A stretch of DNA of 64,000 nucleotides from NCBI RefSeq assembly GCF_013362815.1, contig NZ_JABFVK010000027.1:7140-71139 (forward strand), written 5' to 3'. The translations under genes were made by a program, and so were the position numbers. The stretch comes from Hamadaea sp. Lineage in GTDB: Bacteria; Actinomycetota; Actinomycetes; Mycobacteriales; Micromonosporaceae. This document shows, piece by piece, positions 17,946-27,147 of the stretch. How positions within the stretch are numbered: the first letter of the stretch is position 1; every line of letters begins with the position of its first letter. Below the pieces are notes generated by a model. That model searched no databases and was not told where the DNA came from. It was given only the letters and a program-made list of their open reading frames with translations.

Positions 17946-19577
17946 ATGACCCAGTTGTCCCGGCGTGCCGTCCTGCTCGGCGCGACTGCCGCGGCCGTCT
18001 CCTCGGCGGTCGGCGCGTGCGGCGACGGAAGCCCCGGCTCCGTCGGCAACGCCGGCGCCGAGAAGGTGCCGTGGCCCACCTACGTCCCGTTCGCCGGTCC
18101 GCCGGCCGACCTGCCCGGCACCGCCGAGGGAGTGCAGCCCGGCTACACCGTCTACCCCCAGAACCTGGTCAGCGCCAGCAAGGCCAAGCCCGGCGACGGC
18201 TCGAAGGTACGCGCGGTCGCCGTCACCTACGGCACTCCGCCGACGCCGAAGGAGCAGAACAAGCTGTGGCAGGCGATCAACGACGCGCTCGGGATCGACC
18301 TGGAGCTGACGCTGATCCCCGACGCCGACTTCGACGCCAAGATGGCGACCCTGACCGCCGGTGACGACCTGCCGGACATCATCAGCATCGGCGGCGGCCA
18401 CCGGCTGCCCCGGGAGCAGGACTTCGTCCTGGCCAAGTGCGCGGATCTGTCCGACTTCCTCGCCGGGGACAAGGTGAAGGCGTACCCGAACCTCGCCAAT
18501 CTCCCGGCGTACGCCTGGCAGGGGATGGGCCGGGTGAAGGGGCGGCTCTACGGCATCCCGCTGGAGCGGCCGCTGCCCGGCTGGGGGATGTTCATCAACC
18601 GCGACGCGTTCACCTCGGTCGGCGCGAACGACCAGTCGTGGTCCAAGGACGACTTCGCGACCGCGGTCAAGGCCCTGAGCAAGAACAAGCAGTACGGCAT
18701 GGGGGCCAACAAGGGCAACCAGTTCGGCATCCGGCAGTTCCACCTCGGCGCCTTCGGCTCGCCCAACGACTGGAAGCTCGACGGCGGCAAGTTCGTCAAA
18801 GCCGAGACGCTGCCCGAGTTCAAGGCGGCCCTCGGGTTCGCCCGCGACTTGTTCGCGGCGGGGGCGTATTACCCGGACACCATGTCCATCAGCACGGTCG
18901 ACATGAAGACCTACTTTTACAACGGCACACTCAAGAGCATGACCGACGGGCTCGCCGCCTTCGCCCCCGCCGTCACCAGCGTCAAGGGTGCGTACGCCGT
19001 CGATCTGGCGCTGCCGTTCAAGGGCGGCTCGGCGGCTCCGACGATCATGGCCGGCTCCGGCGTCTTCGGGTACACCGTGCTGAAGAAGGCGTCGCCGGAG
19101 CGCGTGCAGATGTTGCTGCGGGTGCTGGACTTCCTCGCCGCGCCGTTCGGCACCAAGGAGTACGAGCTGACCCACTTCGGCGTGGAAGGCACGCACTTCA
19201 CCCGGGCCGCCGACGGCACCCCCAAGCCGACCGAGCTGTGGAAGGCGGGGGAGAACGTCACCAACTTCCCGATCGGCTATCTGGCCGAGGCCCCGCGGGT
19301 GCTGTTCTTCAGCGGGGTCGACCCGGACTCGGTCAAGCGCCTGCACAAGTGGGAGACGCTCGCCGTGCCCCGGGCGGTGAAGAACCCGGCCGTCGGATTG
19401 GTCTCGGACACCTCGAACCGCAACGGCGTGGCCATCAACAAGGCGCTGAACGACGGGATCAACGCGATCGTCACCGGCCGCGAACCGATGGACGCCTGGG
19501 AAGGCGTCGTCAAGAAGTGGCGCGAGAGCGGCGGCGACAAGATCGCGGAGGAGTTCGCCAAGGAATACGCCGGCTAA
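17946..19577 (+). CDS. Extracellular solute-binding lipoprotein (large LplA-type sugar-binding protein)
   Basis: Track ORF 16725..19577; start placed at ATG 17946. Signal/lipobox MTQLSRRAVLLGATAAAVSSAVGAC, about 543 aa. Confidence 0.75.
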   Translation: MTQLSRRAVLLGATAAAVSSAVGACGDGSPGSVGNAGAEKVPWPTYVPFAGPPADLPGTAEGVQPGYTVYPQNLVSASKAKPGDGSKVRAVAVTYGTPPTPKEQNKLWQAINDALGIDLELTLIPDADFDAKMATLTAGDDLPDIISIGGGHRLPREQDFVLAKCADLSDFLAGDKVKAYPNLANLPAYAWQGMGRVKGRLYGIPLERPLPGWGMFINRDAFTSVGANDQSWSKDDFATAVKALSKNKQYGMGANKGNQFGIRQFHLGAFGSPNDWKLDGGKFVKAETLPEFKAALGFARDLFAAGAYYPDTMSISTVDMKTYFYNGTLKSMTDGLAAFAPAVTSVKGAYAVDLALPFKGGSAAPTIMAGSGVFGYTVLKKASPERVQMLLRVLDFLAAPFGTKEYELTHFGVEGTHFTRAADGTPKPTELWKAGENVTNFPIGYLAEAPRVLFFSGVDPDSVKRLHKWETLAVPRAVKNPAVGLVSDTSNRNGVAINKALNDGINAIVTGREPMDAWEGVVKKWRESGGDKIAEEFAKEYAG

Positions 19578-20617
19578 TGCAGTGGCCGCACCGACTTCCG
19601 CACCACCAGGTGGGTGCCGAGCATGACGTGCTCGCGCCGGGAGCCGCTGGAACGCTGGGTCGCGAGCTTCACCGCTGTGCGGCCCAGCTCCTCCTGCGGC
19701 ACCAGGACGGAGGTCAGCGGCGGATCGAAGTCCCGGGCGCTGGGGGTGTCGTCGTACCCGACGAGCGAGAAGTCCTCGGGTACGCGCTTGCCGTCCTCCC
19801 GCAGCGCCTCCAGCACCCCGGCCGCCACCCCGTCGTTGCCCGCGAAGATGCCCGTGAAGTCGAGCGTGCCCTGGTCGAGGATCGCCCGCATGCGGCGGTA
19901 GCCGCCCTCGCGATCCCAGGGGCCGTGGCTGACCAAGGCCGGATCGAACGGGACTCCGTAACCCGCGAGCGCGCTGCGGTAGCCGGTGACACGGTGATCG
20001 GAGGTCGTCAGCCGATCCGGTCCGGCGATCATCAGGATGCGCCGGTGCCCGGCGGTCAGCAAGTGGGTGACGGCCGCGTGCGCGCCGCCGGTGTTCTCGT
20101 AGTCGACGGTGATGCCCGGGAAGTCCGGGCCCAGCGACGGGCGCGCGCACAACACAAGGCAGCTACCGGCGTCTTCGAGACCCTTGGCGTACTGGCGCAT
20201 CCGCTCGCGGTAGTCGTCGTTCTCCACCACCCCACCGGCGAGGATCACGGCGTCGGCGCGCTGCTCGCGCATCAGGCGCACGACTTCGAGCTCGCGGTCG
20301 GGGTCGGCGTGGGTGGTGCAGATGAGGCACAGTCGATGGGTCTGGCTGGCCATCTCCTCGACTCCGGCCGCGATCCGGGCGAAGAACGGCGTGGTGACCT
20401 CGGCGACCACCAGTGCCACCACCTTGGCGGTCACGCCGTGCAAGGCTCGGGCGTGCGCGTTGACGACGTAGTCCAGTTCCCGCACCGCCTTCTCGACCCG
20501 TTCGCGGGTCTGCGCCGAGACCGGGTAGTCGCCGGACAGCACCCGGGACACGGTGGCCATCGAGACTCCGGCGCGGGCCGCCACATCTTTGATGCTCGGC
20601 CTCTTACTCACCACCAC
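19574..20617 (-). CDS. LacI-family transcriptional regulator
   Basis: N-terminal HTH PSIKDVAARAGVSMATVSRVLSG, then a periplasmic-binding-protein-like sugar-binding fold. Confidence 0.85.
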   Translation of the reverse strand: MVVSKRPSIKDVAARAGVSMATVSRVLSGDYPVSAQTRERVEKAVRELDYVVNAHARALHGVTAKVVALVVAEVTTPFFARIAAGVEEMASQTHRLCLICTTHADPDRELEVVRLMREQRADAVILAGGVVENDDYRERMRQYAKGLEDAGSCLVLCARPSLGPDFPGITVDYENTGGAHAAVTHLLTAGHRRILMIAGPDRLTTSDHRVTGYRSALAGYGVPFDPALVSHGPWDREGGYRRMRAILDQGTLDFTGIFAGNDGVAAGVLEALREDGKRVPEDFSLVGYDDTPSARDFDPPLTSVLVPQEELGRTAVKLATQRSSGSRREHVMLGTHLVVRKSVRPLH

Positions 20618-20641
20618 AAGCGCACCTCGTCCACGACTCTC

Positions 20642-20667
20642 TAGAAAAGCGATGGGAAAGCTTTACC
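20642..20667. promoter_or_regulatory. Candidate LacI-family operator abutting the GH1 start codon
   Basis: TAGAAAAGC (20642-20650) plus GGAAAGCTTTACC (20655-20667), which contains the palindrome AAAGCTTT. It shares its half-site with the 16091 box. Confidence 0.4.
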
Positions 20668-21963
20668 ATGAATCTACCGGACCACTTCCGCTGGGGCGTC
20701 GCGACCTCCGCGTACCAGATCGAGGGAGCCGTCGCCGAGGACGGCCGGACCGACTCGATCTGGGACACCTTCTGCCGGGTGCCGTCGGCCGTCGTCAACG
20801 GTGAGACCGGCGAGGTAGCCTGCGATCACTACCACCGGATGCCGTCGGACGTGGCGCTCATGCGTGATCTCGGCGTGGGCCTTTACCGCTTCTCCGTCTC
20901 GTGGCCGCGGGTGCAGCCCGGTGGGCGTGGCCCGGCCAACCGGCGCGGGCTCGACTTCTACGACCGGCTCGTCGACGAGTTGCAGGCGGCCGGGATCGAG
21001 CCGTGGCTCACGCTCTACCACTGGGACCTGCCGCAGGAGCTGGAAGACGCGGGCGGGTGGCCGGTACGCGACACCGCGTTGCGGTTCGCCGACTACGCGT
21101 CGCTCGTCTACGACCGGCTCGGAGATCGCATCCCGACCTGGACGACGCTGAACGAGCCGTGGTGCTCCGCCATGCTGGGGTACGCCTACGGCCGGCACGC
21201 GCCGGGCCGCACGTCGCTCGCCGACGGGTACGCCGCCGCACACCACTTGTTGCTCGGCCACGGCCTCGCCGCGCAGCGACTGCGTACGGCGGGCGCGAAG
21301 TCGCTGGGGATCACGCTGAACCTCGGCGGGCACGAACCAGCCACCGCCGCGGCGGCCGACGTCGACGCGGCTCGGCGGGCCGAAGGCTCGACTCTGCGGC
21401 TGTATCTGGACTCGCTCGTGCGCGGGGCGTACCCGGAGGACGTGGTCGCCGACCTTGCCGCACAAGGGATTCGGCTGCCGATCCAGGAGGGCGACCTCGA
21501 GGTCATCTCGACGCCGCTGGACCTGATCGGGGTGAACTACTACTCGAGCCGCGTCCACTCCGGCGAGGAGATCCTGGCGACCGGTCGTCCGGTGACGGCC
21601 ATGGGCTGGGAGATCGTCCCAGAGGGCCTCACCAGACTCCTCGTACGCCTGACCCGGGACTATCCCGGTGTCCCGTGGTGGGTGACGGAGAACGGGGCCG
21701 CCTTCGACGACAAGCCCGACGCGGAAGGCTTCGTCGACGACCAGGACCGGGTGGCGTACTTCGCGTCCCACATCGACGCGATCGCCGAGGCCTGCCGGCA
21801 GGGAGCCGACGTACGCGGCTACTTCGCCTGGTCACTCCTGGACAACTTCGAATGGGCCGAGGGGTACGCCAAGCGCTTCGGCATCGTGCGGGTCGATTAC
21901 GAGACGCAGCAACGGATTCCCAAGCAGAGCGCGCTGTACTACCGCGACGTGATCACCCGGTAG
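20668..21963 (+). CDS. GH1 beta-glucosidase
   Basis: FRWGVATSAYQIEGA, the TLNEP acid/base motif, and the nucleophile motif VTENGAAF. 431 aa. Confidence 0.9.
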   Translation: MNLPDHFRWGVATSAYQIEGAVAEDGRTDSIWDTFCRVPSAVVNGETGEVACDHYHRMPSDVALMRDLGVGLYRFSVSWPRVQPGGRGPANRRGLDFYDRLVDELQAAGIEPWLTLYHWDLPQELEDAGGWPVRDTALRFADYASLVYDRLGDRIPTWTTLNEPWCSAMLGYAYGRHAPGRTSLADGYAAAHHLLLGHGLAAQRLRTAGAKSLGITLNLGGHEPATAAAADVDAARRAEGSTLRLYLDSLVRGAYPEDVVADLAAQGIRLPIQEGDLEVISTPLDLIGVNYYSSRVHSGEEILATGRPVTAMGWEIVPEGLTRLLVRLTRDYPGVPWWVTENGAAFDDKPDAEGFVDDQDRVAYFASHIDAIAEACRQGADVRGYFAWSLLDNFEWAEGYAKRFGIVRVDYETQQRIPKQSALYYRDVITR

Positions 21964-21970
21964 AGCAAGG

Positions 21971-22034
21971 GCGCTGGATCAGGGATCTCGGTCGAAAACG
22001 CGCCAAGATTCGACCCGGATCCCTGATCCAGCGC
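21971..22034. repeat. Palindromic extragenic repeat, family 2 (copy A)
   Basis: GCGCTGGATCAGGGATC...GGTCGAA-loop-TTCGACC...GATCCCTGATCCAGCGC. It lies between the convergent stops of the GH1 gene (21963) and the ROK gene (22053). Confidence 0.75.
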
Positions 22035-22052
22035 CCAACAGTGCAAGTGGGC

Positions 22053-23222
22053 TCAGCCGCGGCGAGGAGCGACCGGCGCGGACAGCCCCGCGCCGAAGAG
22101 CCGCACGTCCACCTCGGTGAGCGAGAGTTTGAGCGCACCGAGGGCGACCGACTCCGCGCCGAGGGTCGATGCGCGTACCTCGGGCATCCGGAGGCACAGC
22201 CGCTGCAGCTCGGCCCGCAATGGGTCGAGCACCAGGTCGGCTGATCGGGAGAAGCCACCGCCGAAGATGACGACCTGCGGGTCGAGGGTGAGGACGAGGG
22301 CGGCTGCGCCGATCGCGAGGTCCTTGACGTAGCGGCTCACGGCGGTGCGGGCCGCCTTGTTGCCTTCCCGCGCCGCGTTGAAGACCCAGGCCGCCGCGTC
22401 GTCCGGGCTCACCGTGTCCGGTACGCCGGGGCAGTTCTCCAGATGCGACGGTGCGGTGAGCCACTTGACCTGTTTGAGCGCGCCGATCTCGCCGGCTGCC
22501 CCGCCGAAGCCCCGGCGTAGGACGCCGTCGATGATCAGTCCTGCCCCGTTACGCATACCGGCGAGCAGGTAGACGATGTCGTCGGCGTCGCTGGCCGCAC
22601 CCTGCCAGCGTTCGGCGACGGCGGCGAGCTTGCAGTCGTTCTCCACCACGATCGGGCAGGAGAACCGGCCGCCCAACTCCGCGGGGAGGTCGACCGACTT
22701 CCACCCCGGCAGCGGGGTGAAGAAGCTGGTACGCCCGCTGGCGTCGACCGCGCCGGTGACTCCGATCGTCACGGCCCAGATGTCGGCGGGGCTCATGCCG
22801 GCCTCGGTCAGGCACGTCTCGATGACCTCGTCGAGTTCGGCCAGCCGGACCGCGGGGTCGGCGTCGGCCGCCACACTTCTGCGTACCGTATGGGTGATGT
22901 TGCCGTCGAGGTCGGACAGCAAGGCGAGGATCTTGTGGACGCCGACGTCGATGCCGAGCACGTGGCCGGCGGTCCCGCGGAACTGGTAGCGGCGGGCCGG
23001 GCGGCCGACGGCGCTGTTGGCCCCGGGCTCCAGAACGGTGGCCCACCCGTCGGCGACCAGGCCTTGGGCGATCACGTCGACCGCGGGCCGGGACAGCCCG
23101 GTGCGCTGGGAGAGTTCGGTGACCGTGGACGGCGGGTTGCCGCGCAGCGCCCGCACGATGGTCAGCGAATTGAGCTCGCGCAGGCGCGGCAGATCGGTCC
23201 CGGTGGTGGCCAGATCTGTCAC
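22053..23222 (-). CDS. ROK-family transcriptional regulator
   Basis: N-terminal winged HTH (LNSLTIVRALRGNPPSTVTELSQRTGLSRPAVDVIAQGLVADGW), then a ROK sugar-kinase-like fold (LGIDVGVHKI, CxCG-type region absent or degenerate). Confidence 0.75.
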   Translation of the reverse strand: MTDLATTGTDLPRLRELNSLTIVRALRGNPPSTVTELSQRTGLSRPAVDVIAQGLVADGWATVLEPGANSAVGRPARRYQFRGTAGHVLGIDVGVHKILALLSDLDGNITHTVRRSVAADADPAVRLAELDEVIETCLTEAGMSPADIWAVTIGVTGAVDASGRTSFFTPLPGWKSVDLPAELGGRFSCPIVVENDCKLAAVAERWQGAASDADDIVYLLAGMRNGAGLIIDGVLRRGFGGAAGEIGALKQVKWLTAPSHLENCPGVPDTVSPDDAAAWVFNAAREGNKAARTAVSRYVKDLAIGAAALVLTLDPQVVIFGGGFSRSADLVLDPLRAELQRLCLRMPEVRASTLGAESVALGALKLSLTEVDVRLFGAGLSAPVAPRRG

Positions 23223-23304
23223 GATTCGCCCCTTGATTCCGCGCGGAGACGCCGCCTAATAACGCTACGATGTTTACAAAATAAGCGGCGAATGGCAAGT
23301 CGAG

Positions 23305-24801
23305 TCATGAGATCGGGTACGCCTGAGCCGCCGGCGTGATCACCGGAGTGAAGTCGACGGCACGCCCGCCGACGGCGAAGCGATACCGCCCGAGCCGCCG
23401 GATCTCCGGCCGCGCCGCCAGGTATGCGGTCAGGTCGTCCAGCTCGGCGGCGGTCAGCCAGCTCGGCGGATCCGACACGGCGCGGAACCCGCAGATGTCG
23501 GCGAGGTCCCGCAACCACCCGAGTTGCTGATCCGTCAGCAGGTTGAGCCGGCTGCGGAAGTAGACGACGTCGGGGTCGACCTCGGCGAGCGGCTGTTGCC
23601 ACAACCGGTGCAGCGTGTTGACGACCGCATTGCGGGCCATCGCGTCCGAGGGGTCGTCGCTGGCGTAGTTCTGCCACATCGGCGCGACGTCGGGGCCGCT
23701 GCGCATGCCGTCGAGGATGCCCAGTGACGGCAGGAGAATCGCACCGCTGCCCAGCAGGTACGCGTCGTCTCCGGCGACCTGCCGGATCAGCTGCAACGCC
23801 GACCGGTACGCCGCCTCCCGCTCGCCGCCGTCCGATCGGGAGCCGACCACGGCACCGGCGTTGATGAAGTCGAGCTTGAGGTACTTGAAGCCCCATTCGT
23901 GCACGACGCGATGGGTCAGTTCGGCGAGGTACTCGCGAGCGTCGTCAGTGGACAGATCGAGGGCGTGATAGCCGGTGCCCCAGTTGTGCCCGGCGATCAC
24001 CTTGTCCCCGTACGCGTCCCGCAGCAACAGCTCGGGTCGCCGCCGGGCGAGGTCCGACGTCGGCAAGGCGATGAACGGGGCCAGCCACAGCCCCGGCGTC
24101 AGCCCGGCGTCGGCGATGCGGTCGGCCAGCGCCTTCATCCCCGAGGGGAACTTGTGGTTGGGCTGCCAGTCGCCGACCGCCACCTCCCAGCCGTCGTCGA
24201 CCTGGACGACGTCGAACGGCAGCCCGCGCAGCGTGTCCACGTCCTTGACGAGCTGCTGTTCGGTGATGTTCTCGTAGTAGGCGTACCAGGAGCACCAGAC
24301 GTTGCCCGCGCGGGTGTTCCGCGAACCGAGCCCGTCGGCGAGCTGCCGGGCATAGGCGGCGAACACCTCCTCCTCCGGCCCGTACGCCGTGAACCAGGGC
24401 TGCGCGTCGCGCTCGTACCACCCGGCGAGGGTGTCCTGGTCGGCCGACAACCTCGGTACGCCCAACCCGAGCCCGCCGAGCAGCAGGACGTTGCCGTCCC
24501 CGCCGTCCAGCGCCGCGACGGCGGAGGAGTGGTGCCGCGCCGGATCGTCCCACGGATCGTCGTCGGCGGTGACGCGCCGAACCGGGTTCTCGATCCGCAA
24601 CGGGGCCTCGGACAAGCGCCGCCAGCCGCAGGGGCTCCAGGAGTTGTAGCCGTGCCGGTAAAACGCGGCGTCGCCGAGTCCGTGCAGCAGGGCGACACGC
24701 CCCGGCGGAAGGATCAGGCCCCCGTCAGCTGCCTGCGGGCGGCCGGGCCCGTCGTGTTCGAGGGCGAAGGTGCGCCCGGCCAGCTCGATGAGCAGTGCCA
24801 T
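23305..24801 (-). CDS. Clan GH-D glycoside hydrolase, alpha-galactosidase-like (GH36-type)
   Basis: NVWCSWYAYYE, VVQVDDGWE, and LWLAPF ... FKYLKLDF (putative nucleophile Asp). 498 aa. Confidence 0.6.
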   Translation of the reverse strand: MALLIELAGRTFALEHDGPGRPQAADGGLILPPGRVALLHGLGDAAFYRHGYNSWSPCGWRRLSEAPLRIENPVRRVTADDDPWDDPARHHSSAVAALDGGDGNVLLLGGLGLGVPRLSADQDTLAGWYERDAQPWFTAYGPEEEVFAAYARQLADGLGSRNTRAGNVWCSWYAYYENITEQQLVKDVDTLRGLPFDVVQVDDGWEVAVGDWQPNHKFPSGMKALADRIADAGLTPGLWLAPFIALPTSDLARRRPELLLRDAYGDKVIAGHNWGTGYHALDLSTDDAREYLAELTHRVVHEWGFKYLKLDFINAGAVVGSRSDGGEREAAYRSALQLIRQVAGDDAYLLGSGAILLPSLGILDGMRSGPDVAPMWQNYASDDPSDAMARNAVVNTLHRLWQQPLAEVDPDVVYFRSRLNLLTDQQLGWLRDLADICGFRAVSDPPSWLTAAELDDLTAYLAARPEIRRLGRYRFAVGGRAVDFTPVITPAAQAYPIS

Positions 24802-24875
24802 GGTTCTCCAATACAGCGATGGCGTGGCGGGCCGGGGGCTGTCCCGGCCCGCCGTCTTGCAGGGTCTGGCGGTGC

Positions 24876-26222
24876 CTACTTGAACAGGGCGTTGACCTGG
24901 TCGTTCGCCTTCTTCAGCGAGGTGGCCGAATCGGACTGACCGAGGATCGACGCCTGGATCGCGTCCTGCACGATCTGGCTGATCTCGTTGCCGTGCTCGG
25001 TGATCGGCAGGAGGAAGGTGCCGCCGGGTGCGAGTGCCTCGTCGACGAAGACCTGGACGTCGTGGCCCTTGCTCTTGTGCGCGGCCAATGCCTTGTCACT
25101 GGCGGTCTTGATGGCCGGGAACACCACGCCGTTGCCGCCGACGACGTTCTGGCAGTCGGCCGAGCCGAGGAACTTGACCCACTTCCAGGCCTCGTCCTTG
25201 TGCTTGGTGCCGGCCCAGATCGCGTCGGACAGGCCGTTGATCGCCGTCTTGCGGCCCTGCGGCCCGGCCGGCAGCGGAGCGAACGCGAACTTCGCCTTGG
25301 CGTCCGCGCCCAGGTAGCTGTTGATCGTCCAGGAGCCGGCGAAGGTCAGCGCGCCCTTGCCCGCGTTCATCAGCGCGTCCCGGCTGAGCGTCGACTGCTT
25401 GTCCAGGGCCGGGCTGTATCCCTTGGCGATCAGCCGCTTGAACCAGTCGATCGTCTCGGCCAGCTTCGGGTCGTCGTACTTGTACTGCGTACCCCAGGGG
25501 TTCTTGTCCAGGTAGGTGAACCCGTTGCTGACGGCCAGATCGCCCCAGCCGTTCTGGCCCTGCGAGCCGTCGCCCCACTCGGCCAGGAAGCCGTACGTCT
25601 TCACGTGGGACTTGTCGAACGCAGGGTCGAGTCCGTTGCGGCCCTTGTCGTCGACGGTGGCCTTCGCGATGAGCTGCTCGAAGGTCCCGCCGTCGGCCGG
25701 GTTCCAGGTGAGGTCTTTCAGCGCGGCGGCGTCCAGCCCCTGCGCCTTGAGGAGATCGGTGTTGTAGACGAGCGCCATCGTGTCCCAGTCCTTCGGCAGG
25801 CCGTATCGCTTGCCGTCCTTCGTGAACAGATCGGCCAGCCCGGCCTGGTACTGGCTCAGGTCGACCTTGTCGGCGTCGACGTAGGGCTGGATGTCCAGGA
25901 TCTGGCCCGAGGATACGAACTGCGGGTAGTAGGAGCCCTGGTTCGTCCACACGTCGGGGGCGTCGCCCGCGGCGAGCTGCGTGGTGAGGTTCTGCCAGTA
26001 CTGGTTCCACGCCGACTGGGTGATCTCGACGGTGATGTTGGGATTGGCGGTGTGGAACGCGTCGGCGCACTGCTGGTACGACGCCTTCTGGTTGTCGTCC
26101 CAGAGCCAGTACTTCAGGGTGACGGCGGAGCCGTCGTCGTCACCGGACTGGCCGCACGCGGCCAACCCGGTCACCAGGGCCAGGGACAATAACGCGGCTC
26201 CGGCCCGAAAACTGCGGTTCAT
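24876..26222 (-). CDS. ABC sugar-binding lipoprotein (family 1 solute-binding protein)
   Basis: Lipobox LSLALVTGLAAC, 448 aa, Trp/Lys-rich SBP pattern (YWLWDDNQ, GSWTINSY). Confidence 0.8.
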   Translation of the reverse strand: MNRSFRAGAALLSLALVTGLAACGQSGDDDGSAVTLKYWLWDDNQKASYQQCADAFHTANPNITVEITQSAWNQYWQNLTTQLAAGDAPDVWTNQGSYYPQFVSSGQILDIQPYVDADKVDLSQYQAGLADLFTKDGKRYGLPKDWDTMALVYNTDLLKAQGLDAAALKDLTWNPADGGTFEQLIAKATVDDKGRNGLDPAFDKSHVKTYGFLAEWGDGSQGQNGWGDLAVSNGFTYLDKNPWGTQYKYDDPKLAETIDWFKRLIAKGYSPALDKQSTLSRDALMNAGKGALTFAGSWTINSYLGADAKAKFAFAPLPAGPQGRKTAINGLSDAIWAGTKHKDEAWKWVKFLGSADCQNVVGGNGVVFPAIKTASDKALAAHKSKGHDVQVFVDEALAPGGTFLLPITEHGNEISQIVQDAIQASILGQSDSATSLKKANDQVNALFK

Positions 26223-26251
26223 CGGATCCTTCTCTCTGGTGGGGGCGGGGA

Positions 26252-27133
26252 CTACTTGTTGCCGGTGAAGTTGAGGGACTGGACCAGCCGCTTGCCCATG
26301 AGGATCAGCAGGACGAGCACCGGCAGGACGGACAGCGTCGAAGCCGCCATCAGTCCGGTCCAGTCGGGTTGGGTGTTGGGCGACTGCTGGAGGAACACCC
26401 CGAGGGCCACGGTGACCAGGCGGTTGTCCTCACCCCGGCCGACCAGCAGCGGCCAGAGGTAGTCCTTCCAGGCCCAGACGGTGGTGGTGATGCCGATCGT
26501 GATCAGCGGTCCACGGCTCATCGGCAGGGCGACCCGCCAGAAGATGCCCCAGGGTCCGGAGCCGTCGAGGATCGCCGCCTCCTCCACCTCGCGGGGCAGC
26601 GAGAGGAAGAACTGGCGCAGGAAGAACACGGCGAACGGGGTCATCAGCACCGTCGGCGCGACCATTCCGGCCATCGTGTTGATCAGGCCCAGGTCCTTCA
26701 CGAGGATGAAGTTGGGCAGCAGGGTGAAGATCGGCGGCACCATGAGCGCCGCGATGACGATCCCGAAGACGAGGTCGCGGCCGGGGAATCGCAGGCGGGC
26801 GAAGGCGTACCCGGCCATGGCGCAGAACAGCGTCTGCACGACGGCGATCACTCCACAGTAGATGACCGAGTTCAGCAGGTACCCGGCGAAGTCGATCCGG
26901 GCCCCGGAACCACCGGCCGCCCGGGCGCGCTCCTCGGAGACCAGACCCAGGATGCGGCTGAAGTTGATGAGCGTCGGGTGGCGGGGCAGGAGACCGGCGT
27001 TGTCGGTGTAGATGTCGGCCGCCGGAGTCAGCGCCGTGCGTACCATCCACCAGAACGGGAACAACGTGATCAGGATGAACGCGGCCAGGGCCAGCCAGGC
27101 GAGGACGCGGCCGGGGCGCAGTCTGCTCTTCAT
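26252..27133 (-). CDS. Carbohydrate ABC transporter permease (MalG-like)
   Basis: Track ORF 26252..28198; start placed at ATG 27133. N-terminus MKSRLRPGRVLAWLALAAFILITLFPFWWMV; EAA loop EEAAILDGSGPWGIFWRVALPMS. Confidence 0.8.
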   Translation of the reverse strand: MKSRLRPGRVLAWLALAAFILITLFPFWWMVRTALTPAADIYTDNAGLLPRHPTLINFSRILGLVSEERARAAGGSGARIDFAGYLLNSVIYCGVIAVVQTLFCAMAGYAFARLRFPGRDLVFGIVIAALMVPPIFTLLPNFILVKDLGLINTMAGMVAPTVLMTPFAVFFLRQFFLSLPREVEEAAILDGSGPWGIFWRVALPMSRGPLITIGITTTVWAWKDYLWPLLVGRGEDNRLVTVALGVFLQQSPNTQPDWTGLMAASTLSVLPVLVLLILMGKRLVQSLNFTGNK

Positions 27134-27147
27134 GGTGATCGGTCCTC

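Noticed and set aside
17862-20644. Very long overlapping ORFs (762 aa on the minus strand at 17862..20150; 735 aa on the plus strand at 18437..20644)
   Set aside because: Their translations are Arg/Pro/Gly/Ala-rich and of low complexity, with no motifs. They lie antisense or out of frame to genes with clear family signatures (solute-binding protein, LacI regulator). These are typical shadow ORFs of high-GC DNA.
21971-22034. Possibility that the repeated palindromic elements form a CRISPR array
   Set aside because: The copies are single and about 20 kb apart rather than arrayed with spacers. They are long nested palindromes, and no cas genes are present.
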